Below are positions 48,301 through 60,616 of a stretch of DNA of 64,000 bases, piece by piece. The notes beneath the pieces are model-generated. The model saw only the letters and a list, made by a program, of their open reading frames with translations, was not told the origin of the DNA and did not search any database. Both the position numbers and the translations under genes were made by a program. This DNA is from Chromera velia. Its lineage: Eukaryota. Where the stretch lies: NCBI GenBank assembly GCA_018398765.1, contig JAHBMJ010000299.1:62001-126000 (forward strand), read 5' to 3'. Every line of letters starts with the position of its first letter. The stretch's first letter is position 1.

Positions 48301-51300
48301 ACAAAGAGAGCTAGACGGAGAGAGAGAAGGGGGCTGTGGGGAAAAGCACGAGAAAGAAACAGGATTGAACGTAGGAAATCCGAAAAAAAATACAGGTTGT
48401 CCAGTGACATGATTGGTACAAGCGGACGTGATATAAACATGGTAGAGACAAAGCCGTTTGCCCCCAAGAACCTGCACTGCACCAACGCTGCACACTGCCT
48501 TTGAAAAAGACTACAGGACTTTCGACTTGAGTCGTGATTGATGTCTTGCACCCCCTAGTTATTAGGAGAGTCGATGAACGCACCCGACAGGAAGGGAGGG
48601 AAAAGAAGCACGTATGAAAGAAAGAACACAAATTTAGCTGATCGATCGAAGGGAAGGGAAGGGAAGGGCCCACGTGGAGGAAAGCGTGCAGAGTCCGGGG
48701 CCAGCCGCACACAAGGAGAAAAGGTCTGTCCCTGTCCTTCCATACAAAGTCACGCGCTTCGTCGACGTGCATCACCTGCGTGCATGCAGACAACAGACAC
48801 ACAAACCCGCAATCCGTCGTCTAAAGTAAGTACATGGAGGCGAGCTCGAGAGAAGGGATCCAGATGGGCGGGCAAGTCGAGAGAGATTGCAACACAACGA
48901 ATTGGGAGAGAGAAACAGGAAACGGGCATACTAGATCTGAGATACGGAAGGGAGAGGAGGGGCGCACAACTGCACACGATTGGTCCGGACCCTCTTTTGT
49001 TTAACTTGCAGAATGACACGATAAGCAGCGAGAGCGATCAAAGTGCGATTTTACAAATAAATGAGAATCAGTGGAAGAGAAAGGACAGGCCGTTGTATCG
49101 ACAGGAGGCTGGAACAGCCCTGTGTATTCACATCTTCTTACACGCATTTGGTCGCTCATCCTCAAATTCATCCAAAGCCACTGACCTCCATGAAGGACTT
49201 GGACCTATCAAGCGACACTGCCTCGATCGCAGTCGCAACCCCAGTCTGACTCTGCAGGTCTCCAGGCAGCGCCCTCCTCCCTCTGTCGAAAAAGGAAAAG
49301 GGCTGAGGGGACCGACGTTGGTGTTGAGATGACACCACACTCTCTGGTCTTTCTCCTGTCACAAGACCTCCTGGAGAACCTCCGACTACAGCTACAGCTC
49401 TCCCATTTCTCTCTCCTTCCGCCGTCTCTCTGTCCTTCGAAGACAGGGAGTCGAACTGAACGTGCACGGCTGTCCCAACAGACGGACGTGCCCCCTTCAA
49501 TGAAGAGCGCCCCCCGCCCGGAGTCCCTGTCGGCATTTCATCAGAAGGCATGGGGGCGAGAGGGGGGGATCCAGACGGGCGTCCAAAGGTGAAAGTCGAG
49601 AACCTTGCCGCCTCGCTGATTTGAGCATGTGTGGCGACAGACACGGACGGTTCGCGCTCGCCAGGTACTGCCCCCCCCCCCCAAGGGGACCCTTCTGAGA
49701 CCCGAGGGGATACGGGCATGGTGGGTCTCTGTCTGCTCGCGTGGACAGGTCCTGCAAGGGAGTGTGAAGCTCCGGGAGAGGTGCGGTCACTTTGGTGTAA
49801 GGACGACAGGGGTGCTCGCTTGCTGTCCAGATTGGAAGTCACCCCGGACACTTGAAGGGAAGCAGACGGCAACGCTTGGGTTCGCTGCCGATGGGAAGAC
49901 TTGCGTAGAAGCCCCGCACGACCTGATGGCTGTGCGAATGAAGAAGGATCGCCGTCAAACGACATTTCCGGGGCCCCCTCATCCCCCTGTTCCATTGGGG
50001 AGGCGAACGCATCAGTCTCTAAGTCCTCCAACCGTGCTACGTCATCTTTCCTTCTGGCTAGTGAAAGCCTTTCACGACGCCGCACGGCAATTTGACGTGC
50101 AATTGCGCGAGAGTACAAATCCTCCGAATCCTTCACTGCACTGCCCCCCCCATCAATGCTAGGATGCCTTTTCCGTCTCTTTTCCTTTCTTGGCCTAATT
50201 CCCTCCTCCCCTGACTCCTCCGACTCCTCCTCCGAATCTTCCGACTCTCCCTCCGGGTCCTCCTCCAATCCGCCCATCCCATGATCGCCTCCTCCCGCCA
50301 CACGCCTTCCGAGAAGCCCTGCACTTGAAGTCACCTGTCTGCTCAGTTTTCGCGCCCGTGTCTCTGCCCCGCCTGCTCATGTCAGATGATGAAATAGCTT
50401 GGTTCATACAGATCATCTATCGCAGACATACACGCACGTTGACAGAGAGAGAAAGTTACGCTCACGATTGGGCATACAAGAGCAGACGAAGGAACGGAAA
50501 GAGAAAGAGACACTTCTGGCAACGGTCAGTCCCGCAGAAAGAGAATTTGGATTCAAGAGGAAGGAGGGAAACCAACGAAGCAAAAACTCAAAGAAGGAGA
50601 CTATTCCGCAGTACAAAATCCACTCACTTCCGAACGCCTCATCCGCAACTCCCTCCTCATCCCCAATACTCCAGCTTCGGCCTTTGCCCCCCCCTTTCCC
50701 CGCCCCTCCCCCGCTCGTTCCAGAGACCGCCAACTCCTCTCCACCCCTCCTCCCATGCAACTCTTCTCCACCCTTCGGGATCAGAGGAAGAAGGGCATCG
50801 TCTGTCGGGTTGACAGAAACGCGACGACCACCTTCCATCGCCTTTAAGGCCGCCTGCTGCGCCCTTTTATGAAAGTGCTCTACGAGTTGAAGATGCAGGT
50901 TCGGCAAATTCGGTACCGAGCCTCGCCCAGTCGCCCCCCCCGTGGGATGAGGGGTGAGGCCGTCATTCGACTCCCCCCCTGCTGCAGACGCGCGGCGTCT
51001 ACTGGAGCTCCCAGGAACCCCCGAAACGGACGGACCCGAAAGACCCGCCATTACACTCGTCACCGTCCTCCGGAACGCTGAAGCTAAACCCGCCCCTGTC
51101 CCTGTGGGGCTCCTGGCTGGACTCCTTCCGCTCCCACTCGCTAGTCCCCCCGTCGGACTTCTGCCCAAACCTATCACTGTTGCGGGGGCGCGGCTCTTCG
51201 GTCCTTGGGCGGGAGCGTCGGACTCGGGCCCCGGCTCGCCCTCGTGATTTTCTACGGGGGGGGCGATCGGCTTCGTCTTTGCTCTCGAAAAAGAACGACT

Positions 51301-54300
51301 TTTTTGGGCCTTCTCATGCCTTCCTCTCTTCCCCTGTGGCTTCCCTCCCGCGTCGCTCTCTTTCGGGCCTAAAGATTTTTCTCTCGGGGGCTGTTCAGGT
51401 CCTACTGCTGAGGTAGGAGAGGGCCCCGGCATGCTTGCAGATGTGGGACTCCCTCCGATTGGGAGCGGAGGGCTTGCCGGGGCCGCTGTGGATGTGTTGG
51501 CCCCCCCTCTGCCTGTCTGAGGGATGCGCCCCGGGCTATCTGTGCCTGCCCCCCCGCCATCTCTTTCCTCAACAGAGAAGGAAGAAGACCCCGCTGACTG
51601 CCGAGACCCCCTCCTTGCCCCGTCCACCGAGCTCTCTTTGTCAACCTCCAGAATCCATGGAACCTGCAAACACGCACACACATATAAAGATATACATAAA
51701 AACAGTCAGTAAGTCAGTCAGTCAGAATATTGGTAGCAGACCGACAGAAAATCGAAATGGTTTTTCTTTTTTTGTGTCATACAGATGGCCGACCGACCGA
51801 CCGACAGACTGGACGGCCGGACGACAGACAAACCGCCAGGCAAGCAGGTAGACAGGCGCACGGGCAAACAAGCATGCATGCATGTAGACAAGCATGTAAA
51901 CATGAAAAAGGGAAGATTTTTGCTCTTGCACCCTTTCATTCCCTGGCAGACCGGGCCATGAAATCCGTCACTCGCTTGCTTTCTCACCTGAAGGAGCGAC
52001 GAAATAATCTGCGCATACCGCCTGCCTTCTGCCAAGATCAAACCGCAGTCGCCCCACTTGATGGTCTCGCCTGCGGGGTTCAGGATCACCTGCATGCACG
52101 AATATTCGCATTAAGGAAGGAAGGACGGCAAAATTTAAAAAAGTCAATCTGTTAGCAGTTTTGTGTTTGTGGTAAAAACCCTTCGATTTTTTTGCATCTA
52201 CATTTTCGACTTGCTTACAGGGGCTTTAGCCGCAACCACAGAAACATGAATGAATGCATGGATGAATGATTAAGCTTGTGCTCACTCACTCTCTCAAACA
52301 GATTAAGGGGGGGGGGGAGATCGCACGTGTCATAGGTTTTGTGAGAAAAAACCAGTAATGACATGCCCCCCACCCCTATTCATAGGCAGATGCAACTCTT
52401 CGCTCTGCCCCCCTCTCCCTTGCCGATGCCCCCACTCACCTTCTCCTCCCTCTGCATGTACTCAGCAGAGATTGTGCCCCTGGTGGGACTTGTTCCGCCC
52501 GATCGAGCAGTCTGTCCTGCGGCGGGAGTGAAGGAGGCTCTCGCCCTTGTTGGGACTTCAATTCCGTTCCCTACCACGCCACCGCGACTCCCCCCCGTTT
52601 CCTCCTCTACCACTCCCCTTCCTTCCTCTAAGTCCTCCAACATCTCCCTTTCCTCTGCCGACCCCGCACCTGATGCAGCGAGGGCGGCAGTCACGGCATT
52701 TCTCTCCGGCTCCCCAGCGACCTCCTCGACTGGCCGCACGATGCCGAACAGGGTAACGGATAGCACCTCGTTCAAACCAAGAACAAGCTCCTTGAAAGGT
52801 TTTCCTACCAGGACTTCGGGGAACGCAAAACGATAACACTCTATGTGAGTGCCCTGTGCATATTCTTTGAACCTTTCCTCCTCTTTCCAACCAAGCGAAG
52901 CATGTGTGTCGGTCTGTTTCTCTTCCTTCTCCCTCTGTCTCTTGTTGGTCGCTTGCTCCGTTTCTGTGGGGTTTAGAGGAATCTCTGCCGATCTCAGAAG
53001 GTTCGTCACCAGCGTGGAGAGACCCGGGGCATCTGTGCAGCTCTTTGCCAAGAAGCGCATCTTCAATTCAGTGAAGCAGACAACAGACTCACACCCGAGA
53101 GAGAATGCAAGCTCTCTGGCTGAGTCCTGCATCAGCTGGACCACAACCCTCGACATGGGCACAAACTTCCTCAAGCCGAGACACCGAATGATCGTGTTCC
53201 TGTCCTCTTGCACAGGATTGGTGGCTTTAGCGTCTGAAAAGACAAAAACGGCCTGTGCATCAGATGCATACACTGAAGATAAATCATCCAACTCTCCAAA
53301 ATCTCCCGCATCCCCTTTTTTAACTCCCATCCGAATACCGTACAGGTCGTTTGCACTTGCGATGTTCTCTGCGTACAGATTTGGATCCTGAGGGGTTAGG
53401 ATGAGGATTTTTTTCGGGATCTTGTCGGAGAATGCAACGAGCTCTGAAAGGAAAACGTCAACCTGCTCGGGCAGTACAGGACCGATCAGCAACACAAAAT
53501 TCCCCTTGTCCCAACCACTCGGCATTGTGCCTCTGCTAATAGCAGGTGCGTGTGCAAGATCTACGAGCAGCTGGAACTGCCCGGGGATCCACAGGAGGAT
53601 GAAGACGACGAACACGATCGTGAAAACACGGGTGACGTATCTCTTCGGAGACAAATCGCCATACCCGATAGTCGAGATCGTGATGATGGCGAAGTAGATG
53701 TAGTCAGGCCAGATGCCGTGGTTGGACTCACCGTCATCGATGGAGCCGTCCGTGTTCGACCCCTCGAAAATGAAAAAAAGGGACGCGTAGATCATCAGTG
53801 CAGCGAAGAGCGCAAGAGTGATGGAGATCACCTGAAGTCTTGACGGGTTGATCAAAGGGAAATTTCTTTGCAGGTTCTTCATCGTGCCGTACAATCTGAG
53901 GAATCTAAGAAAACCGAAAATGGTCATGAAGTCCCTCCCCCCCTCGACTGGGTGATCCTTCAGCACGAGGGACTCGATCAGCCAAATGAAGGGAGGCAGG
54001 GTGATATTCTCCAACAGGGCGGTCCCCGAGAAGAGAAGTTTCCGTTTGGGATTCGAAGCCACGACCCTGATGATGAAATCGCAAGTGATCTGCACTCAGT
54101 CAGCATGGGAAGATCAAGGAGAAGAAGAAGAAGGAGAAGGGAAATCGAATCGAATCGAAATCCGGTGCACTGACTAGAGACACACATATGTGTTGCGACA
54201 GAGGATAGCTGAGAGGGGACAAAAAGACGGTCCCTTTTTTCTTTCTTTGTATCCTTCATTGCTCTGTCGCAAGACTGGAGTCCAGACGAGAGGAGTCGAG

Positions 54301-55921
54301 TGAAGGAATGCTGACACCGTGGGGCAAGAAAACGACCGTGGCAGGGTCTCTCTCTGTGTGAATGTAATTCCAAAAGATCGATCACCAGTTCTGTCAAGAG
54401 GTGCTAGTATGTGACGCGGGGCAGAAAGAGAACCTGAACGTTTCTTTTTTGTGCGTCCCACGGCCTCTACAGCACTCAAGAAACGAAGAGAAGCACTTCC
54501 AAAACCATGCATCAGTCAGCTCACAACACGGCTGCCTTTTCATTCAACCAATGAATCTATCAGCCATTGAAGTGATCAAGCGCACAGCCAGTCTTACCCC
54601 CCCGTCTTCACCAACCAACGGACAGACCTACCGATGCCAAAAAGACCTTCTCACCAAAGAAGTACCACTCCGGTATTTTCTTGAAGCTCCAGGGGATCGG
54701 AGCCACTTGATTTTCTCCGGGAGGCGGGCGTCTCCAGTAGGAGGTTCCGATGAGCCACCAGATCCCCCAAATGAAGTTCCGCAGCAGCCTACTCATCCGA
54801 AATCCCCTCCAGTTATGGAAAGCAACAGCTGACCGACTGGCCATTCGCCAAAAGAGTGACCAGCCCACAAGACACGAGGTCCATTTACCCTCTTTGGAAT
54901 ATTGGATTTGCACCAATGGGGGTAGTCTCTCCTGTTTTTTCTTCAAGCTCTCTAGGAACCCAGGAATACAACAAAAGAACCCCCGAAACCCTTCCCCTAA
55001 TACGCGGGCATCCTCACCCGCAAGCTGATGATTTTGGCTTCGGAGTAACTCCAAGCACAGAGTCATCACGGCGGAACTGAGAATGAGAAAGACGATACCG
55101 AAGAAAAAGTCAAGAACCAGAAGGCCTAAATCCTTCCGACATGCGACGTGATCACAGTTGTAGTAGCTTCCGAAGAACGAGACCACGTAAGCAGACAGAA
55201 AAGCGAAAATCAGAAACCCCCTGAAGAATCCCAAAAGAGTTTTGGACGGGGAAGTCCCCAGCTCATCGGCAGCAGCAGGGTTCACCTGAACAAGAGGGAG
55301 GAGGGAAGGCAGAAGCGAAAGCAAACAGCAATACGACAGGAAAATGCCGCTCTTCAGAAGCAATCGACGTACAATGAGAAGGAACAGAAGAATTCAGAAG
55401 ATCACGAATCGGTGATGCGTGACTTCACTGACAATAAAGAAAGAGCAGGGATCAGAACTCAGAGAAGGAGAGGGAATGATGCACCCCAGGAAGGAAAGGG
55501 GCAGTGAGAAAGAAAATGTGGGAATCTTCAGTGGGAAGTCCGGAGATGCGGGAGGCGGGCGAACGGTTGAAATATCATAGGCGGGGTCTATGAGCAGACA
55601 GGGCGACTGACTGACTTTGATCGTGGTCACTGACGCCTTCCGGGGGCGCGATTGGCTTTCTTTGGAGTGCCTAGAGAGCGAATTCCCCCAAAACCGCAAA
55701 CGCATGAGAGACTTGATCATCAGTCTACGGGTCCTTTTCTGCACATCCTCGAGCTCGGTCTCGCTATGCCTGACTCTCCTTCCCTCCGGCCTCATGAAGT
55801 CTCCACTGTCTCCTTCTGGAAGCTCTGTATCAAGAGAAACGTCGGCCCGGGGGTAAGAGGATCGCCTCCTCCCGACACCTGCTGGGGGCCTCGGGACCTC
55901 GTCTATCGGCAGCGTCGGCAT
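42368..55921 (-). CDS. Slo/BK-family potassium channel (6TM + two RCK domains); multi-exon
   Basis: Large exon 54089-52440 holds S4 FGFLRFLRLY, pore YIYFAIITISTIGYGDLSP and RCK1 (VCFTELKMRFLAKSCTDAPGLSTLVTNL). Further exons give VILNPAGETIKWGDCGLILA (52090-51988), FLLVCGWP (~48700), LRGSPLRHADLKRAGV (47800/47405), IVTELRQTKNVRFLD (~45200), SPEYAAGRVF (~44680) and PYVYTAPVPDAVLTAHDQIFIL* (stop 42368). Probable start MPTLPIDEV at 55921. Confidence 0.88.
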
Positions 55922-56609
55922 CCTCTCTGTACAGCCGCAAACTGTTCCCCCCTCTGCCGGCAAATAAGTCTGGCCGAGCGAAGAGTGTCTGACTTAACCT
56001 CTCTGTTGCAAGAGCTCTACAAAGTGAATACGTTGGCAATGACATGCAAGACTGTCGCAAGCAAGATACAACCAAGGCATGGGTGTTGCTCCCTCTGGGA
56101 GACTTGTGTGAGAGGCACGATTCTCGGACGCACCAGAATCACCGGCAAGTTCAGCACACGCTGGCCGGAATGAGACACAATAAAGGGACGGCTGCATGCA
56201 CAGCCATGTGAGGTTGCAACATATGTAAAGTGGAGAGGTGAAAGGCGGTCGTATAAGTGATGCTCAATCCAGCTCTGCTCAGTCTGCCATTTCAGAGGAG
56301 ACGGTGGAGACTTCTGTTGCTTCTGTGTTCGCGCGATTGGTCGGCCCTGCGAGCAGGGGCCGCGGGCCCCATGCACTGACGCCGGATCAAAAGGCCAGAG
56401 ATTGAACCTTGAAAGAAAAGATTGAACTTTTATTTTAGACTTTAGACAAAACTTCTAGCATACATTTTTTTTTTTGTTAAGTAAGCCTTTTGTTAGATCC
56501 GCCTCTCATACATGGGGACGCGGCATGCATGAAAAAACCCCCAATCATCATTTTGTCTCATACTTAGTCACTTAGTGTTCACTCCCACACACAAAACTTA
56601 ATGAAAAAT

Positions 56610-57127
56610 TGTGGAGTCCTACCCTGTGGTGCCGCCCTCTGTGGAGTCCTACTCTATGGCGCCACCCTCTAGACCCTCGCATGCGCTGTATCTGAATGAG
56701 CCCGCATGCCGATGCCATACTCCGCCACCGCATGTATACGCAATCGACTTGCATGCATGTACGTGTCGCGCACGTCGATCAAAGTTGTTGAAGTCGATCG
56801 AGTCTGACCTTCATATTCAAGCATGCAACAATGTCATGGTACTTGAGCAACGGATAACATCTTTTGAGTCTGATATCTGTTTGTCATAGATCAAGAGAGC
56901 TCTAGAGTCTGAGAGAGAGGAATAAGCAGATTCTGAAACCGTGTATGATAGAATAAATCTAGTTGATTGAAATCCCAGATCGCTCTAGAGATAAACTTTC
57001 TTTAAACTGTTGCCTGACTGAGTGTTGCTCATATTCTTTTTCTAGATCAGATTCTTCCTAAGGTTCTTATCCTTGCTTTACCTTCTGTCTGGACGCCATA
57101 AGGTAAACAGACAGAAGGGACAAAGCA
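56610..57127 (+). repeat. 5' LTR
   Basis: TGTGGAGTCC...GGGACAAAGCA. Opens with a 30-bp unit in two copies; contains TGCATGCA (~56750) and AATAAA (~56952). Confidence 0.92.
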
Positions 57128-60104
57128 TTGTGGTGAACGCTCAACTTGATGAGTATCGACTCTCATGTACCTTCTATGATAGAGATCAGATCTGTCTCTT
57201 TGTGCAACAGTTGAAATCCGATTGCAATGATACGGGCATGGTCAGGTAAAGACTATGAGTAGGGGAATTCAGTGTCCCCTTATATCCCAAGCTGCCTGGA
57301 GCCCTGTTTCGGAGATCCCCTTCGAGTCTGATCCTGAACTTTGCCTTTGTCCTTGGGTGGAGAGCCCTAGCGAGAGCCCGAAGATCTTTGGAGGTCGCCA
57401 AAGCCGATGGTGGAGACGTTGCTTGGTGTTACTCGGGACTTTGAAGAGCCTGATGTTATTGAGAATGCCACCTATAAGCAGATCGCAATCCAAACGGCCA
57501 GTTGAGTGTTTTCCTTATGTCTGCTGATTCTGCAACTGTCTCCGTCTTCCGGACAAGAGTCGGCTGATCACCTTCACTTGTCTTTGCTGTTGGTTGCTTG
57601 CTTGTCTACGTAAGGCTGACCATCTTCGTGGCCTGCAAACGCTCCAGCGTGTCTGAGTCTGCCTGGACTGGTCCTCCGGCAGCGTCCAAATATAAAAAAA
57701 CGCCCTTCGTCTCTTTATGTGCCTGCAATACTGCCATTTTCTTCAAAGAGAGAGCTTGTCGCTTCTGGCTGTCCAGGTGTCGTGTGGATTATTCGATAAG
57801 TGGCCGTTCGATCGAGTGCATGAGACTGTGCATGCTTGTTAAACAGACAGAAGGGACAGGTGGCGGCGTACCATATGGACCAACGCAGTGACGACCGGTA
57901 TGCTAGCCGGGAAAGGCCTTCTGCTCTGGGACCCCGACGTAGTGAGCTTGGAGTAGGAAGGAGGGGGAAGTAAGGAAGGGGTATAAAATGACATCAAGCC
58001 TGCCCTCGACGGTAAGAGAGGCAGAAGGGTCGCGGCAGACCTACTGAGAGACAGAGTAGGGCACACGGCAGCTGCCGCCTCGTCTCTCACCGGCGTCGGC
58101 ACATTTTTAACTAACCGGGAAGGGCAAGAGGGGGTCATGGGAGAAGGGGAGGGAAGGGGGAAGAGGGGGTGAAAGCGGGGAACAAAGAGGAAGGGAAGGG
58201 GAGGGAAAAAGGGTGGGGAAAAGGGGGAGAGGGGGGTTGCTTCGGGGTGGGGGGGCGAATTGAATCGAGGCTGGCCGAGAGTATGCGAAGTACTAGCGAC
58301 TGAGTGTGACTAGAGCGTCTTTTATCTGGAGTTAAGAGTTTATGTGTCGAAAGGAGCAGCAAGGGGATAAAACGAGACAGAAAGAAGAGACGAGATAAAA
58401 AGAGACTAGCAGGGCAGTCTGTAATATGTCCGGTCCCTTCCCTTCCTCCCTTTATGCAGCTACTGACACGCGCGGTGTGTGTTTGTGCTCGACGAGACCG
58501 TCGAGTCCTTCTGTCGACGAGGACTCCAACTCGATTGCCTACCCCTACGTCAGCTACGTATGAAAAGGGCAGAGGACTGCCTAATTGACAATGTCGCCGC
58601 CATGTGCTAATGCCTGCGTGTGCCCGCGACTGCCTGTGACCGCCCTTGCGCCCCTGCACTGAACTTGGAGGAAGGATTAAGCTCATTACAAGGCTGAGCA
58701 TCAAAGAGGCAGACTACAAGAACGATAAGTCGAGCGCCGCATATGCCGTACATTTGAAACTTCTGGGACTCCTTTTGGAAGAGTGACCTTCCTTCTCTCT
58801 CGGCTTCTCTTAGCTTTTAAATTGCTTTGCCCGTGGCTTCGGAGTCAGACCCCTCATATGGCTGAGAGCACGAGCGCACGAGGGGGCGCCAGGCCCTTCA
58901 TTCGCTGTCTCCTTTTCGTTTCTGTCTGCTGCTTTAAAACGTTTTGTGTTATCCCCGGTTTCTTTCTTTAAGAGAAAAAGACTGGATTCCGAAGAGGCCG
59001 AGGAAAAATGAGTAGAGGAGGAGCAAACTTAAGAAAGAACGAATCTTGAGAGAAACAGAAAGAGATGTCTGTTTCAACGAGAAGAGAAGAAGAAGAAAAA
59101 AGAAAACGAGGGGATAGCCCGTACATGTCTCTTTGTCCCTTCTGTATCTTCTCCCTGCAGGGAGATGTCGGTGCTTTGGAAGCCCTTTGGGGTCTCTGGG
59201 TATCGCCTCTCCCCCTCGCAGTACGGGAGTTGATGAGAGCCTTGGTGGAGCCAGCCGCCTCTGCGCAAGCATCTATGTGGAGCCAGACGGTATGCCGGCG
59301 GGCGTCTCCCTCCGATAAGTCTGACCAAGTGCCGTTCATTCATTGATGTCTGTTCTTGGGTGTTCGGTCGATCTACGGTGTTGTTAACAACAGGCAAAGA
59401 CGCGTATGCAGTCTTCGGGAAGGAAGTGAGATAGAAGAGAGAGAAGGCAGGGAAGGGAGAGCAAAGCGGGAGTGAGAAGTAAGGAAGCAAAAGAGAGAAA
59501 GATGGAAAAAGAAAATATAGAAAGCTGGGTAGAAGACTGTGAGCGTATGCATCGGCATGGAGATGCATGCGTGCATGTGACCACGTGGGCCTGACTGTGC
59601 CTCACTGTGTCTTTCTCTCTGTCGCTCTTTCTGTCTAGCATTTCCGACTCGTTCTTTCTTTCTGGGGGGTACAAAAGGTTAATGGAGAGCTGGGAAAAAC
59701 GTAAGACCTTGCAATGGGAAGCTTGCGGCCATCGAATGACAGACCCTACTGTCAGGTAGGGAGGGTATGCTTCTGCAGACCCCGGGCAAGCCGACATCCC
59801 TAAAACAGGCTTTTCGAGGAAAGACCTGGTGGCTTGGCGTTGCCAGCAAGGCAGTGGTGATAGTAACTTTGTGTACATTAATCTGATTGACTTGCATCAA
59901 TAGGAGGAAACTTTTCTGCTTGTCAGCTTTCGCGTCTAGATTTTTTCAACTACCTCCTTGAAGGTGTTCTGTTAGTTACATGGGTTTGCATTGTATCTAG
60001 TTGATCGTGTCCTTTTGCTCACCTTTTTTCCCTTTCCGCGCATGCTTGAATATGTCTGACTAATCGCGGGGACGCGATTTTCTTGTCAGTGGCCGGGGGG
60101 GATC

Positions 60105-60616
60105 TGTGGAGTCCTACCCTATGGTGCCACCCTCTGTGGAGTCCTACCCTGTGGCGCCGCCCTCTGGACCCTTGCATGCGCTGTATCTGAATGAGCCCAC
60201 GTGCTGACGCCATGCTCCGCCGCCGCATGTATACGCAATCGACTTGCATGCATGTACATGTCGCGCGCGTCGATCAAAGTTGTTGAAGTCGATCGAGTCT
60301 GACCTTCGTATTCAAGCATGCAACATGTTACTCGAGCAACGGATAGCATCTTTTGAGTCTGATGTCTGTTCGTCATAGATCAAGAGAGCTCTAGAGTCTG
60401 AGAGAGAGGAATAAGCAGATTCTGAAACCGTGTATGATAGAATAAATCTAGCTGATTGAAATCCCAGATCGCTCTAGAGATAAACTTTCTGTAAACTGTT
60501 GTCTGACTGAGTGTTGCTCACGTTCCTTTTCTAGATCAGATTCTTCCTAAGGTTCTTATTCTCGCTTTACTTTCTGTCTGGACGCCATAAGGTGGCCGGA
60601 CAGAAGGGACAAAGCA
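60105..60616 (+). repeat. 3' LTR
   Basis: Colinear with 56610-57127; about 33 substitutions plus one small indel by manual alignment. Confidence 0.92.

Larger units (their letters stand above)
56610..60616 (+). mobile_element. Non-autonomous LTR retroelement (~4.0 kb), no gag/pol detected
   Basis: Two ~515-bp direct repeats, each TG...CA. 4-bp TSD AAAT (56606-56609, 60617-60620). PBS-like TGGTGAACGC just after the 5' LTR and purine tract GGGGGGGA just before the 3' LTR. Confidence 0.9.

Noticed and set aside
57020..57145. Tf1-style self-priming between the LTR (TGAGTGTT) and the PBS region (AACGCTCA)
   Set aside because: Only ~8 bp including a G-U pair, which could be chance; the TGG start fits tRNA priming better.
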